Shown: piece by piece, positions 50,993 through 61,518 of the stretch
Position numbering within the stretch: the stretch's first letter is position 1
Layout of the letters: each line of letters starts with the position of its first letter
Assembly: GCA_044226015.1 (NCBI GenBank)
Contig: JBGAHS010000011.1
Coordinates: 32,001 to 96,000 of the forward strand
Length of the DNA: 64,000 bases
Origin: Candidatus Obscuribacteraceae bacterium
GTDB lineage: Bacteria > Cyanobacteriota > Vampirovibrionia > Obscuribacterales > Obscuribacteraceae
Direction of reading: 5' to 3'
Made by a program: the position numbers and the translations under genes
Notes under the pieces: model-generated
The model's input: the letters and a program-made list of their open reading frames with translations, nothing else
Databases searched by the model: none
Told to the model about the DNA's origin: nothing

Positions 50993-51652
50993 ATGAAAGC
51001 ATTTACCAGCACTGTGACATTGTTGTGTGCGCTTACTCTGACAGTCAGCTCATCGTTAGCAGATACGGATAAAGCCACAGAAAAAGCCAATAAGGGTGAG
51101 AAATCAACGATTGTTCAGAAAGCCATGTCTCAAGGCAAACCAAATGCAACTCAGAGCGAATTGGATTCGTTGCAAGAAATGAAACCTATAAAAGGTATTC
51201 ATCCTATTAAGCGAGCCTTTCGCCCACTGGAAGAATTACAGTTGAAAGTGGTCGCATTGCAAGAAAGAGTTGCAGAATTACAAAAGCCAATTTCTGAACT
51301 GCATCCAGCGATGGTCACCCTGCAGAGCGATAGCGCAAGCGTCGATAAGAATCTCGGCGCAATGCAAGAAAAGTTGAACAATATGCGCCGAAGAATCGAC
51401 GGAGTCAGAGCCGACTTAGCTTCGATGCAAGTAACAATCGCTAAACTCCGCCCCCCGATTGTTGCTTTGAAAGGTCCCATGGAAGAAGTCGCGCGCCCAA
51501 TGCTAGCGGTGAGATCAGAATTGAATTGGATCATTGCCGCAATAGTAGCCGCAGCACTCGGTATTGCTGTGGGAACACCTTTGCTGGGATTCTTGATTTA
51601 TATGAATCGAAACAGACTATTTCCAGTCAGATACCAGACCCAACACGAATAA
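50993..51652 (+). CDS. Exported coiled-coil protein with C-terminal TM anchor
   Basis: Signal peptide from MKAF, heptad repeats, C-terminal TM. Confidence 0.65.
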   Translation: MKAFTSTVTLLCALTLTVSSSLADTDKATEKANKGEKSTIVQKAMSQGKPNATQSELDSLQEMKPIKGIHPIKRAFRPLEELQLKVVALQERVAELQKPISELHPAMVTLQSDSASVDKNLGAMQEKLNNMRRRIDGVRADLASMQVTIAKLRPPIVALKGPMEEVARPMLAVRSELNWIIAAIVAAALGIAVGTPLLGFLIYMNRNRLFPVRYQTQHE

Positions 51653-51703
51653 AGTTTGAGCTAACTCCCACCTGCAAGAAATGAAAGCTGCCTGCACTGA
51701 CGA

Positions 51704-52378
51704 CTACTGAGCTGAGTCTGACTTCACTGACGATTCATTAGCGTTTTCAGATTTGTTTTCTGCTTTGTGTTTTCCGACCGAATGTTTCTCCGTTTTCACA
51801 CGGTTCTTGCTTTCAGCTTTGCTTTTCTTGCTCGATTTCGTCTCTGTCTTCGATTCATGTTTGCTCGAACTTTTCAGGCTTGATGCATCAGACCCTGACT
51901 CTTCAGCTCCATTAGGCTTCGAGCTGCTGTTCGCATCTGTTTTAGTCGCTGGTTCTGCTTTATCCACTTTCGAGGAACTAGCCGAAGCTCCAGCAGCTCC
52001 AGCACCCAAGACAGTGAAATCCAGATATGCAGTTCCATGTGAGAGATACCCGAGATCGTCGGCGGCTTTCCTTGAGAGATCCATAACCCTGGTCTTTACG
52101 TATGGACCTCTATCATTAACGCGAACTACGGCAGACTTTCCTGTTTTAGGATTCTCAACCATCACTTTAGTAATGAGCTTCAGGGTTTTGTGAGCCGCGC
52201 TGTGTTTGTTCATGTCGAAAATTTCGCCAGAAGCTGTCTTGCGTCCGTGAAAAGGTTTCCCATACCAGGACGCCGTGCCACTAAAAGCAGTGTCACTTGC
52301 CAAAGCCGAACATTGACTGCTTAAGCAAAAAACTGAGACTAACAACAGTCGCAAATTCATGTCGGAAACTGTCTCCAT
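51704..52378 (-). CDS. rlpA: RlpA-family lytic transglycosylase (DPBB domain)
   Basis: GTASWYG, TASGE, AAHKTL, VNDRGP, DLSRKAA. Confidence 0.88.
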   Translation of the reverse strand: METVSDMNLRLLLVSVFCLSSQCSALASDTAFSGTASWYGKPFHGRKTASGEIFDMNKHSAAHKTLKLITKVMVENPKTGKSAVVRVNDRGPYVKTRVMDLSRKAADDLGYLSHGTAYLDFTVLGAGAAGASASSSKVDKAEPATKTDANSSSKPNGAEESGSDASSLKSSSKHESKTETKSSKKSKAESKNRVKTEKHSVGKHKAENKSENANESSVKSDSAQ

Positions 52379-52478
52379 GATGTCATCGTATAGAATACCA
52401 TCTTACAAACCTTGTGGTTCAAGTCATACAGGTTTTGAAATCACGCTATAATTTTGCGGTCTATATAAGAGAACGAAA

Positions 52479-54062
52479 ATGCAAAAAGGTTTCTGTCTGC
52501 AAATAGCACTGTTGTCCACTTTACTGCTTGGTCCTGTTGCGCTTTCTCAAGAAAATTCCCCGCAGACGGAAACGGTCAGTTCGGTAATCGTCTCGGCTGA
52601 AAAAGCTTACAAAGAGCGAAAGTTCGACGAAGCAAATGCTCTCTTCAGCAGGGCTCTTGATATGTCAAAAGGACTGACTGGACAGGAAACGGCCATAGGT
52701 AGCTGTTACAACGGTCTTGCGCTCATCGCCGAGGCACAAAAGCGATTTGATGACGCAGAAAAGTACTACCGCAGCGCTCTTGAAACCAAGGAAAGCGCAA
52801 AAGGAAAAGATAGCGCGGAACTTGTGCCGATTATTTTGAACTACGCAGACTTTGAGATGAAGCAAAAGAAGATTGCAGAGGCAGAGACATTACTGCGAAG
52901 GGCGTTGTCATTAAGAACAACAGAACAAAATTCAAACAAGTCCGAGCTTGGTGTAGTTCAGACAAAACTTGCCGCGGTTCTTGAATTAAAGGGCGCGGAC
53001 AACGAGGCTGAGCAACTTCTGCGTCAAGCATATGAAGAGCAGAGCAAAAATCCTGGAAAGGAATCAGCATCAACTGCGGTGGCAGCTGACAACCTCGCTA
53101 ATTTTCTTCGCAAACACGGAAAGGTCAACGAAGCGCTCCCGCTATACCAGGAAGCGCTTGACACGTTCACAAAGAAGTTTGGAGTCAACAGTCAGCCCGT
53201 TGCGGCTGCTATGACCAGTCTTTGTGCCATTCTGCGTGAACAACACAAATATGAGGATGCTGAACAATATGCTCGAGGCGCCGTATCTGCGCTCGAAAAA
53301 GCAGAGCCTGTCGAGGAAAAGGGATTGATAATCGCGCTGAGCAACTTATCGAAAGTCTTGCAAGAAGAAAGTAATTTTGATGAAGCCAAAACTGTCACCG
53401 AAGCTTTGATTCCCCGCATCGAAAAAGTGTATGGCGAAAAATCAGACAAATTAATGGCACCTCTTTCGGACCTTGCAGTTTTGTACAACATGGCGGGAGA
53501 CGCCAGTAAAGCAGAGGGTTTACTTGAACGTGCCCTTGATTGCGGCAAATCATCGCTGCCTGCAGGAGATCCTAAAATCGCGATCGCAATGGATAATCTC
53601 GGGCAACAGTATCAGGAAGATGCGAATTTCGACAAAGCATCCAGCCTATTCCAACAGTCATTCGATATGAACAAGGCAAGTTTTGGAGCAAATAGCAAAC
53701 AGGCAGCTGATTCTCTTGCAAATATTGCAATTCTAGACAAACAACAGGGCAAAGGTTCAACTGCGATCGATAACTTCAAGCAAATAGTTTCGATGAGAGA
53801 AAGCAGTCCTGACCAAAATCCTCTTTCGCTTGCTACTGATTTGAACAACTTAGCAAAATCGCTACGCGACAGCGGAAAGTACGGCGAAGCTGAACCCCTC
53901 TTCAAACGGGCCTTAGAAATTCGCGAAAAACAGCTGGGGTCAAACGACATGGGTGTGGCAGCGGTGCTGCGAAACCTCGCTATAAATCAGCGCCTGAAAG
54001 GTGATGCAAAACAAGCAGATCAGTTAGATGCACGTGCAGAAAAAATTGAAGATTCGCAATAG
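52479..54062 (+). CDS. Exported TPR-repeat protein
   Basis: Signal peptide; LNNLA...AEPLFKRALEIREK repeats. Confidence 0.88.
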   Translation: MQKGFCLQIALLSTLLLGPVALSQENSPQTETVSSVIVSAEKAYKERKFDEANALFSRALDMSKGLTGQETAIGSCYNGLALIAEAQKRFDDAEKYYRSALETKESAKGKDSAELVPIILNYADFEMKQKKIAEAETLLRRALSLRTTEQNSNKSELGVVQTKLAAVLELKGADNEAEQLLRQAYEEQSKNPGKESASTAVAADNLANFLRKHGKVNEALPLYQEALDTFTKKFGVNSQPVAAAMTSLCAILREQHKYEDAEQYARGAVSALEKAEPVEEKGLIIALSNLSKVLQEESNFDEAKTVTEALIPRIEKVYGEKSDKLMAPLSDLAVLYNMAGDASKAEGLLERALDCGKSSLPAGDPKIAIAMDNLGQQYQEDANFDKASSLFQQSFDMNKASFGANSKQAADSLANIAILDKQQGKGSTAIDNFKQIVSMRESSPDQNPLSLATDLNNLAKSLRDSGKYGEAEPLFKRALEIREKQLGSNDMGVAAVLRNLAINQRLKGDAKQADQLDARAEKIEDSQ

Positions 54063-54080
54063 TCTATTAGAGAAAAACTC

Positions 54081-55259
54081 ATGTTTGAACTCTGGAATGC
54101 CACCACCAATGGTTTCATGCCCCACGGCTATTGCTTACGTTGGGATGGTCCCCTACTTTTCGTTTTCATTTTAGGCAACATTGGCATTGCCCTGGCATAT
54201 TTTCTCATTCCACTGGCACTGCGACATTTTGTCGGTAAGCGCAAAGATCTTCCTTACCCGCATATGTTCAAACTATTTGCCGCATTTATTCTTGCGTGTG
54301 GAATGACCCATCTAGTAAAAGTGTGGACTCTTTACCAACCTGTGTATTGGATAGAGGCACTGCTGGATTTGTGGACGGCGATAATTTCCATGGCGACAGC
54401 AGCCTTACTTTTCCCTCTCATTCCTAAGGCTCTTGCGCTAAGAAGCCCAAAGGAATTGGAGGAAGCCAATGCCACCCTTCAAGAGGAAATCAAAGAAAGA
54501 GAACGTGCTGAACTCGCAGCAGAAGCGGCAAGAGATGCAGCCATTCGCGCAAACCAACTGAAGTCAGAATTCATGGCTAACATCAGTCATGAAATTCGCA
54601 CCCCCCTCAGCAGCATGATTGGAATGGCTGAGTTGCTAACGTTTTCCCCTGAGCCAGAAGAGCAAAAGGAATTATCAGAGCTGCTTTTCGTGTCTTCAAA
54701 AAAGCTCTTGCTGGTATTAAATGACCTTCTTGATTTTGCGAAATTGGAATCAGGCAAAGTTGTGATTGACGAAGTGCCATTTTCAGTGAGAAAACTACTT
54801 GATGAAGTTTACGACCTTTTGAATACGGGCGCAAAAAAGAAAGGGGTGGAGTTCCTAATATCAGTGGATCCCGCCATTCCCGAACTGGTTTACGCAGATG
54901 AGGCGAAAATTCGCCAGGTTCTGATCAACCTTGCAAACAACGGCATCAAATTCACAAAAGAAGGCTATATCAAAATACTAGTGAATCTCGAACAAAAGGA
55001 AACAAACCTGGTTCTACTTTCATTTTCCGTTGAAGACAGCGGTATAGGCATTCCCTTGCAACAGCAAGAAACCATTTTCGAATCTTTCATTCAGGCAGAT
55101 GGTTCGATCAAACGCCAATACGGGGGCACGGGTTTAGGTTTAACGATTTCAAAACAATACGTTGAATTGATGAACGGTAGAATAAAATTGGAGAGTACCG
55201 AAGGCAAAGGCTCGATATTCTACTTTTTTATTCCGTGTAAACTAAAGGCGCAGCAATGA
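54081..55259 (+). CDS. Histidine kinase with ethylene-receptor-like 3-TM input domain
   Basis: IALAYFLIP, FAAFILACGMTH; SHEIRTP, DSGIG, GGTGLG. Confidence 0.88.
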   Translation: MFELWNATTNGFMPHGYCLRWDGPLLFVFILGNIGIALAYFLIPLALRHFVGKRKDLPYPHMFKLFAAFILACGMTHLVKVWTLYQPVYWIEALLDLWTAIISMATAALLFPLIPKALALRSPKELEEANATLQEEIKERERAELAAEAARDAAIRANQLKSEFMANISHEIRTPLSSMIGMAELLTFSPEPEEQKELSELLFVSSKKLLLVLNDLLDFAKLESGKVVIDEVPFSVRKLLDEVYDLLNTGAKKKGVEFLISVDPAIPELVYADEAKIRQVLINLANNGIKFTKEGYIKILVNLEQKETNLVLLSFSVEDSGIGIPLQQQETIFESFIQADGSIKRQYGGTGLGLTISKQYVELMNGRIKLESTEGKGSIFYFFIPCKLKAQQ

Positions 55260-55645
55260 TTAACTCATCAATCATTCTGATTGTCGAAGACGACGACAAT
55301 CTCCGCTTCCTTACTATCAGACAACTGAAGAAGCTAGGTTTCGCCTGTCATTTCGCCAGCGATGGACTCGAAGCCCTCGACATGGTCAGCAGACAGAAAT
55401 ATGATCTGATTTTGATGGACGTAATGATGCCAAAGCTTGATGGCTACGAAGCTACGCGCAAAATCAGAATTTACCAGCAGGAAAAGCAGCAAAACCGAAC
55501 ACCCATAGTCGGCATGACCGCCTACGGTACAGAGAACACCTGCATTGAGGCAGGCATGGACGCATACCTGCCTAAGCCTGTTCTTCTTCCGGACCTTCAA
55601 CTGACCCTGGAGAGTTTCCTCACAGATTCAGAGTCTCCCCAATGA
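55256..55645 (+). CDS. Single-domain response regulator
   Basis: VEDD, LMDVMMP, MTA, PKP. Confidence 0.9.
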   Translation: MINSSIILIVEDDDNLRFLTIRQLKKLGFACHFASDGLEALDMVSRQKYDLILMDVMMPKLDGYEATRKIRIYQQEKQQNRTPIVGMTAYGTENTCIEAGMDAYLPKPVLLPDLQLTLESFLTDSESPQ

Positions 55646-56219
55646 CACGACCATTGAACTTGTTCATGGCGTCCTGAATGCCATTGCTCTTCCATTCCTC
55701 AAAGGATTCCATGCTCACAGCTAAGACCTTATTGAGTAGTTCAGCTTCGGCCGGCGGAAACTTGGACAAAACATAGTGAGCACGCACAGCACCGCCGGGG
55801 TCAGGACCTATGCCTATTCTAAGTCGATTGAAATCAGGGTACCCCAGACAAGCCATAATTGACTCAATTCCATGGTTGCCCGCTGAGCCGCCCCCGCGTG
55901 CAAGCCTGATCACACCTAAATTCAAAGCAACCTCATCGTGCGCAACGATGAGATTTTTCCGCTCAATTTTGTAGAAATTCATGATTGCCGCAACTGCCTG
56001 CCCCGACAGATTCATGTAAGTCATTGGTTTGGCTAAAATCAAATCATCATTGCCATTCTTAAACTTTACAAGCTGGGCTTGCATGTTCTTTGAGCTTACG
56101 AGAGTGACACCGTATTTGGTAGCAAGTTCATCAATGAACATAAAACCAACGTTATGCCTTGTCATGTCATACCGAGGCTCAGGATTCCCCAGACCTACGA
56201 CCAGTTTTAATGACATCAA
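55620..56219 (-). CDS. pth: Peptidyl-tRNA hydrolase
   Basis: VGLGNP, TRHNVG, KPMTYMNLSG, RLRIGIG. Confidence 0.95.
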   Translation of the reverse strand: MMSLKLVVGLGNPEPRYDMTRHNVGFMFIDELATKYGVTLVSSKNMQAQLVKFKNGNDDLILAKPMTYMNLSGQAVAAIMNFYKIERKNLIVAHDEVALNLGVIRLARGGGSAGNHGIESIMACLGYPDFNRLRIGIGPDPGGAVRAHYVLSKFPPAEAELLNKVLAVSMESFEEWKSNGIQDAMNKFNGRVIGETLNL

Positions 56220-56487
56220 TCACCCCTGACGGCTTCCTTTTAAGCGAATTTAAGCTAAGAGCCTGAAAGGAAGCAAAATCTAGCTAACGTACCTTCACAT
56301 GATAAATTATTTCCGAAATCCATCAAAGCAACCTCAGCAAAGATTGCGAGACAAAACGCCGAATTAATCAGATTTTTGCCAAGGCGCCCGGATGCGTAGC
56401 GCAGAAGCGTATGAACTAAAATTTGTACTATTCAAGGATGGAGCCGCCATCCCTTAGCAACATCATTCAGCAGGTGAAAACTTAGCA

Positions 56488-57897
56488 ATGTCAGAAAATA
56501 CGCACGAGAAAGAGAATTTTCCTTACTTGCCGCATACACGCGAAGACAGAGAGCAAATGCTCAAAAGCATTGGAGCAAAAACTCTGGAAGACTTGCTAAG
56601 CCATATTCCAGCTGAAGTCAGATTGAAAGAACTCAATATTAGCTCCGGTTTGAGCGAGCTCGAACTCAGTGAGTACATTAAGAGCCTCGCAGCAAAGAAT
56701 TGCTCAACCTCACAGCAGTCCTCATTTCTCGGAGCGGGATTCTACCGTCGCTACGTTCCATCAGTGGTTCCTTCCATGGTTTCACGCTCAGAGTTCGCCA
56801 CAGCATATACTCCATACCAGCCTGAAGTTAGCCAGGGCACACTACAGGCGATATACGAGTTTCAGACAGCAGTATGCCTTCTAACAGGCATGGAAGTAGC
56901 GAATGCTTCAGTGTACGATGGTCCGAACGCTTGTGCAGAAGCCGCTCTCATGTCTTCACGACTGACTAATCGCTCGCGTTCTCTAATCGCGTCAAGCGTC
57001 AATCCTGAATATGCGATGGTAACCAAAACCTATTTGGAAACTTGCGGTATGCAAGCCGAAACAGTTTCCCCCAAAGGTGCTTGCCTGAAAGCTAGCGATT
57101 TGAATTTGGCCGACGCAGCATGCATCATCGTTCAATATCCAAACTTCTTCGGTTGCCTGGAAGATCTAGATGAGCTGGCAAAAGCCGCGCATGATGCGGG
57201 AGCCCTCCTTGTCGTGGTGGCAGATCCGATACTTCTCGGCTTGCTTGAAGCTCCTGGAACATTTGGTGCAGACATCGTAGTCGGTGATGCACAACAATGC
57301 GGAAACGGTCTTTCTTACGGCGGTCCATCTGCCGGTTTCATGGCTACGAAAAATCAATATGTGCGTCAACTTCCAGGTCGTTTGTGCGGAATGACCGTTG
57401 ACTCGCGAGGACAGAGAGCGTTCACTCTGACATTGCAAACCCGTGAGCAACACATTCGTCGCGCAAAGGCCACTTCGAATATTTGCACGAACCAGAGCTT
57501 GAATGCGCTGACCATGCTGGTTTACCTCACCATGATGGGACCTGCAGGATTGAAGGACCTTTCTGAAATAAGTATGCTTCGAGCGCATCGCCTTGCTGAA
57601 TTGCTCACAAGCCTTCCCGGTGTGAAATTCAAATTTGACGCACCGTTTGTCAACGAATTCGTCATTGAGCTAGAACAACCGGTCGAAGCCGTTCTTGAAG
57701 GCCTCAAAGGCAAGGGAATTCTAGGTGGAGTGAACCCTGTACGCTCGCATCCAGAACTCAAAAACTGCCTGCTCGTCGCTGTTACCGAAATGAACACTGT
57801 TGCAGAAATAGAGCAGTACGGTGTCGCGATGAAGGAAGTTCTGGCTGGGTTGGCAAAATCAAAAGAAGGTGCCGCTGAAGTAGCTGGCTGCCGCTAA
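56488..57897 (+). CDS. gcvPA: Glycine dehydrogenase subunit 1
   Basis: YTPYQPEVSQG, QTREQHIRRAKATSNICTNQ. Confidence 0.93.
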   Translation: MSENTHEKENFPYLPHTREDREQMLKSIGAKTLEDLLSHIPAEVRLKELNISSGLSELELSEYIKSLAAKNCSTSQQSSFLGAGFYRRYVPSVVPSMVSRSEFATAYTPYQPEVSQGTLQAIYEFQTAVCLLTGMEVANASVYDGPNACAEAALMSSRLTNRSRSLIASSVNPEYAMVTKTYLETCGMQAETVSPKGACLKASDLNLADAACIIVQYPNFFGCLEDLDELAKAAHDAGALLVVVADPILLGLLEAPGTFGADIVVGDAQQCGNGLSYGGPSAGFMATKNQYVRQLPGRLCGMTVDSRGQRAFTLTLQTREQHIRRAKATSNICTNQSLNALTMLVYLTMMGPAGLKDLSEISMLRAHRLAELLTSLPGVKFKFDAPFVNEFVIELEQPVEAVLEGLKGKGILGGVNPVRSHPELKNCLLVAVTEMNTVAEIEQYGVAMKEVLAGLAKSKEGAAEVAGCR

Positions 57898-57949
57898 AAT
57901 TTGCTGTTAGAAATACACGTTAGAGCTCTCGATTTGAAGGACTGCAGAA

Positions 57950-58756
57950 TTGGATAACAGAAACACGACCGAGACCGAGCCAGGAATTTCTGGTGCGCCG
58001 AAGGAGGCAGCTCCAAGCGAGCCCGGCAAGGGTTCAGGCTCACCAAACTCTGCAATAGGCTTCATTCGCGAATTGGTAGAACTCGTGGTAGTTACACTGG
58101 TTCTCTTAATTGCAATTCGCTGGGCATTTGCAGAAGCCCGGTACATACCGTCGAGTTCGATGGAGCCAACACTTCAAATTAACGACCGTATTCTAGTCGA
58201 AAAAATTTCCGGACACCTCAGAAGACCCTACCAACGCGGCGAGATTCTCGTGTTCTATCCGCCTCCATCGGAAATGCCAAACAAGAAAGACCTGAGCAAC
58301 GACCCCCTTTCAGTATTGGGACGCTTGACTGGTCTTCCATTTCTGCCTTACGAACCTGCATTCATCAAGAGAATTGTGGGGCTTCCAGGCGATACACTCC
58401 GTGTCGTTAAAGGGGTTGGAGTGTACATCAATGGACAGCTGCTTGAAGAACCCTATATAAAGGAAAAGCCTAACTACGATTTGCGAACTATGGGTGACAT
58501 TGGTATGACGGGGCGTATTGCATACGATGGTCGCCCTCAGATGAGCGCCGATCAAGCAGGTCAAGCCATAGTTATTGGAAAAGACCAACTCTTTATGATG
58601 GGTGACAATCGCAACAACAGTCAGGATAGCCACGTCTGGGGCTTTCTTGACCAGTCTCGAGTAATTGGTAGAGCGTTTCTGGTCTTCTGGAGAAAGCTTG
58701 ACCCACCGCCTTATCCTCTTAATCTTCAATCTGGTGACCCAGATGCTGGGCACTGA
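57950..58756 (+). CDS. lepB: Signal peptidase I
   Basis: IPSSSMEPTL, FIKRIVGLPGD, MGDNRNNSQDS. Confidence 0.93.
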   Translation: MDNRNTTETEPGISGAPKEAAPSEPGKGSGSPNSAIGFIRELVELVVVTLVLLIAIRWAFAEARYIPSSSMEPTLQINDRILVEKISGHLRRPYQRGEILVFYPPPSEMPNKKDLSNDPLSVLGRLTGLPFLPYEPAFIKRIVGLPGDTLRVVKGVGVYINGQLLEEPYIKEKPNYDLRTMGDIGMTGRIAYDGRPQMSADQAGQAIVIGKDQLFMMGDNRNNSQDSHVWGFLDQSRVIGRAFLVFWRKLDPPPYPLNLQSGDPDAGH

Positions 58757-58767
58757 GGATTACGAGT

Positions 58768-59658
58768 GTGCCTGGCGATGAGTTAAAACCGAAAATTATT
58801 CCGGAGACTGAAATTACGGTTGTTGAAGAAGCTCAGAAAAATGAGACTTTGAGTAGTTCAACACAACCAAATAAAGAAGCAGCTGCCCTACCATCATCAG
58901 GTCAGAAACCTGCAGCTCCGGAAACCAAAACGGAAACCAAAACGGAAGCCAAAGGCGATGACAAAGGCAAGACAGGTGCCAAAGGATTTATTCGGGAAGT
59001 TTTGGAAATTGTAGTAGTCACTCTGGTTCTGCTTATTGCTATAAGGGGAATTCTTGCAGAGGCTCGATTCATTCCTTCCAGCTCAATGGAACCCACCCTG
59101 CAAATAAATGATCGACTGCTAGTCGAGAAGGTTTCGGGCTGGTCCGGCAGACCGATTGAGCGCGGAGACATTCTCGTTTTTTATCCGCCACCAATCGAGC
59201 TAGGCGGTATAGATATAAAATACGATCCCTTGCATATACTCGGAAGACTTACGGGACTTCCCTTCCTACCCATCGACACCGCCTATATCAAACGAGTGAT
59301 TGGACTACCCGGCGATCAGGTTGAAGTGAGAAAAGGACTGGGAGTTCTAATAAATGGGCAGCTTTTGCCGGAAAACTATACTAAAGAAGCACCAAATTAT
59401 GATTTGAAAATTCTCGCTGACATCGGTGGACGCAACGCTGTTGGCGAAATTATCAGACCTTACGAAGATTCATCAGAACCGATTCTTGTTCCGCCCGGCA
59501 AACTTTTCATGATGGGTGATAACCGAAATAATAGTGCGGACAGCCATGTATGGGGTTTTGTTGATAAGAAGCGAGTCATCGGAAAGGGATTTCTCCTCTT
59601 CTGGAGGTACTTTGCTGGTGAAACATACAAAACAAGTAAGGACCTCATACTCGAATAA
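58768..59658 (+). CDS. lepB: Signal peptidase I, second copy
   Basis: IPSSSMEPTL, YIKRVIGLPGD, MGDNRNNSADS. Confidence 0.93.
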   Translation: MPGDELKPKIIPETEITVVEEAQKNETLSSSTQPNKEAAALPSSGQKPAAPETKTETKTEAKGDDKGKTGAKGFIREVLEIVVVTLVLLIAIRGILAEARFIPSSSMEPTLQINDRLLVEKVSGWSGRPIERGDILVFYPPPIELGGIDIKYDPLHILGRLTGLPFLPIDTAYIKRVIGLPGDQVEVRKGLGVLINGQLLPENYTKEAPNYDLKILADIGGRNAVGEIIRPYEDSSEPILVPPGKLFMMGDNRNNSADSHVWGFVDKKRVIGKGFLLFWRYFAGETYKTSKDLILE

Positions 59659-59936
59659 GCCCTAGAACAGAGGCTTTTAAGAGAACACTCAGAAGAGAAT
59701 TCAGAGCCGCATCAGTCTTTTGCGTGATTTCAAGCCCCTCCACAAAGCGGAGAGTCGGCATGTCAAGAGGCGAGATGGCTGAAAATCCTCACCCAATCAG
59801 GTGTCATGAAACTCAGTCACTTGAGGGATTTCCCGAAATTGGGCTTAGATTTTATGTTTTCATCCGTGAAATCAGAATTGTCTGGGTATAAATAAATGGG
59901 ACCGAATACGCCGTTTGCTTTTAGGGGAACTTCTTC

Positions 59937-61469
59937 ATGGCTAAGAGTGAAGCCAAAGGTGGCAAGAAAGCCACACCCGTAGATCTCGCGAATCGAGGGG
60001 AAAATCCGGACAATCAGCATGCTGATGGTGGAAATGGACATGAACACAGTCACGACCATCATGATGGTTGTAGTCACGGTGACTTGGTGACTGATTCAAA
60101 AACTCGCGAGGATTCACTCCGCAAGCTTGAATCCGACTTGAGCAAACGCGAGATCGGACTGATTGAGCGCGAAATCAAAGTATTGAGTTTACAGCAAGAG
60201 ATCGACCGCCTTCGTCCACTTTCTGGACTCTACCGCGTGGTCAAAGCAATGGCAACTGAGCGCAAGCTAGAGTCAATGCTTGAAGTTATTACCAGAGAAA
60301 CAGCGAGCATGCTACGCTGTGACAGATGTAGCGTTTTTGTGCTCGACTCACACCATGGTGAGTTGTGGACACAAGTAGCACAAGGGCTGGATGGTCACCG
60401 AACAATCAGAGTACCTCTTTCTGGAACTAGCGTTGTCAGTTTGTGCGCCAGAACAGGCAGAACCATCAATATCCCAGACGCTTACTCAGACCCACGTTTT
60501 GACCCTGAAGTTGATAAAACGACAGGATACAGAACCAACAATATTCTTTGTGTTCCGATGCATAACCGCAATGGTGCAGTCATCGGTGTATTCGAAGTAA
60601 TGAACAAAGATGTCGGCACATTCTCCCAAGAAGATGAAGAATGGTTGCAGGCACTGGCTGCGGTGGCAGCGGGGTTGATTGAACAAGCACAAGCATACGC
60701 TGAAATCGAACACTTCGTTGACAAAACTGTTGAAACGTTAGCTCAAACAATCGATAAACGCGACCCACTTACAGCAGGTCACTCTATAAGAGTAACCAGA
60801 TATAGTATCGGCATCGGCGACGGAATGGCCATCTCAGATGATGAGAAAGATGTGTTGCGCTACGCCGCAATGATGCACGACTACGGAAAAATTGGTGTAC
60901 CAGAAGCTATTCTATGGAAGAACGGCCGACTCACACCTGAAGAGTACGCATGCGTTCAAACGCATGCTCGCCTAACCTATGAATTACTCTCAAACTTGCC
61001 GTTTACAAATCGACTGGCACAAGTTCCGTTTATTGCTTCTTGCCACCACGAAAAATTGGACGGCACCGGTTATTACCGCAATCTCAAAGGACATGAAATA
61101 CCATTCCTGGCTCGTGTAATTACGGTCTCAGACGTTTTCGATGCACTAACCTCAGTGCGTCACTACCGTAACAGAATGAATATCGTCAAAGTTTTTGAAA
61201 TCATGGAATCTGGCCGCGACAACCACTTCGACCCAGAAGTAGTCGATGCCTTCTACGGATTGCCTTGCGACAGAGTAATGCGAGTCATGGAATCAGAACG
61301 TGGCTCACAAATTCCTGAAGAAGTAGATTTATTCAAAAACATCAGCTGGTTGCGACTGGTCGAACTTTGCCAGGGCAGCAAACCTAAGCGACACGAAGAA
61401 GGTTTGAAAGAACTGTTCTCACGAATTTACAACGCTAATCTGCCTCCAGACTATCAGGAGCTAGACTAA
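59937..61469 (+). CDS. GAF + HD-GYP-type phosphohydrolase
   Basis: GAF (DAYSDPRFD, NK, F..EDE), GHSIRV, HDYGK, HHEKLDGTGYY. Confidence 0.88.
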   Translation: MAKSEAKGGKKATPVDLANRGENPDNQHADGGNGHEHSHDHHDGCSHGDLVTDSKTREDSLRKLESDLSKREIGLIEREIKVLSLQQEIDRLRPLSGLYRVVKAMATERKLESMLEVITRETASMLRCDRCSVFVLDSHHGELWTQVAQGLDGHRTIRVPLSGTSVVSLCARTGRTINIPDAYSDPRFDPEVDKTTGYRTNNILCVPMHNRNGAVIGVFEVMNKDVGTFSQEDEEWLQALAAVAAGLIEQAQAYAEIEHFVDKTVETLAQTIDKRDPLTAGHSIRVTRYSIGIGDGMAISDDEKDVLRYAAMMHDYGKIGVPEAILWKNGRLTPEEYACVQTHARLTYELLSNLPFTNRLAQVPFIASCHHEKLDGTGYYRNLKGHEIPFLARVITVSDVFDALTSVRHYRNRMNIVKVFEIMESGRDNHFDPEVVDAFYGLPCDRVMRVMESERGSQIPEEVDLFKNISWLRLVELCQGSKPKRHEEGLKELFSRIYNANLPPDYQELD

Positions 61470-61483
61470 GTCCATAAGTTACT

Positions 61484-61513
61484 AGCTGGCTAAAATAGCC
61501 AGCTATTTTTTTT
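61484..61513 (+). terminator. Intrinsic terminator
   Basis: TAGCTGGCT-AAAAT-AGCCAGCTA followed by T8. Confidence 0.75.
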
Positions 61514-61518
61514 GTCAA

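Noticed and set aside
56220..56487. Glycine riboswitch upstream of gcvPA
   Set aside because: No GGAGA/CCGAAG/CTCTCAGG aptamer motifs, only a short hairpin
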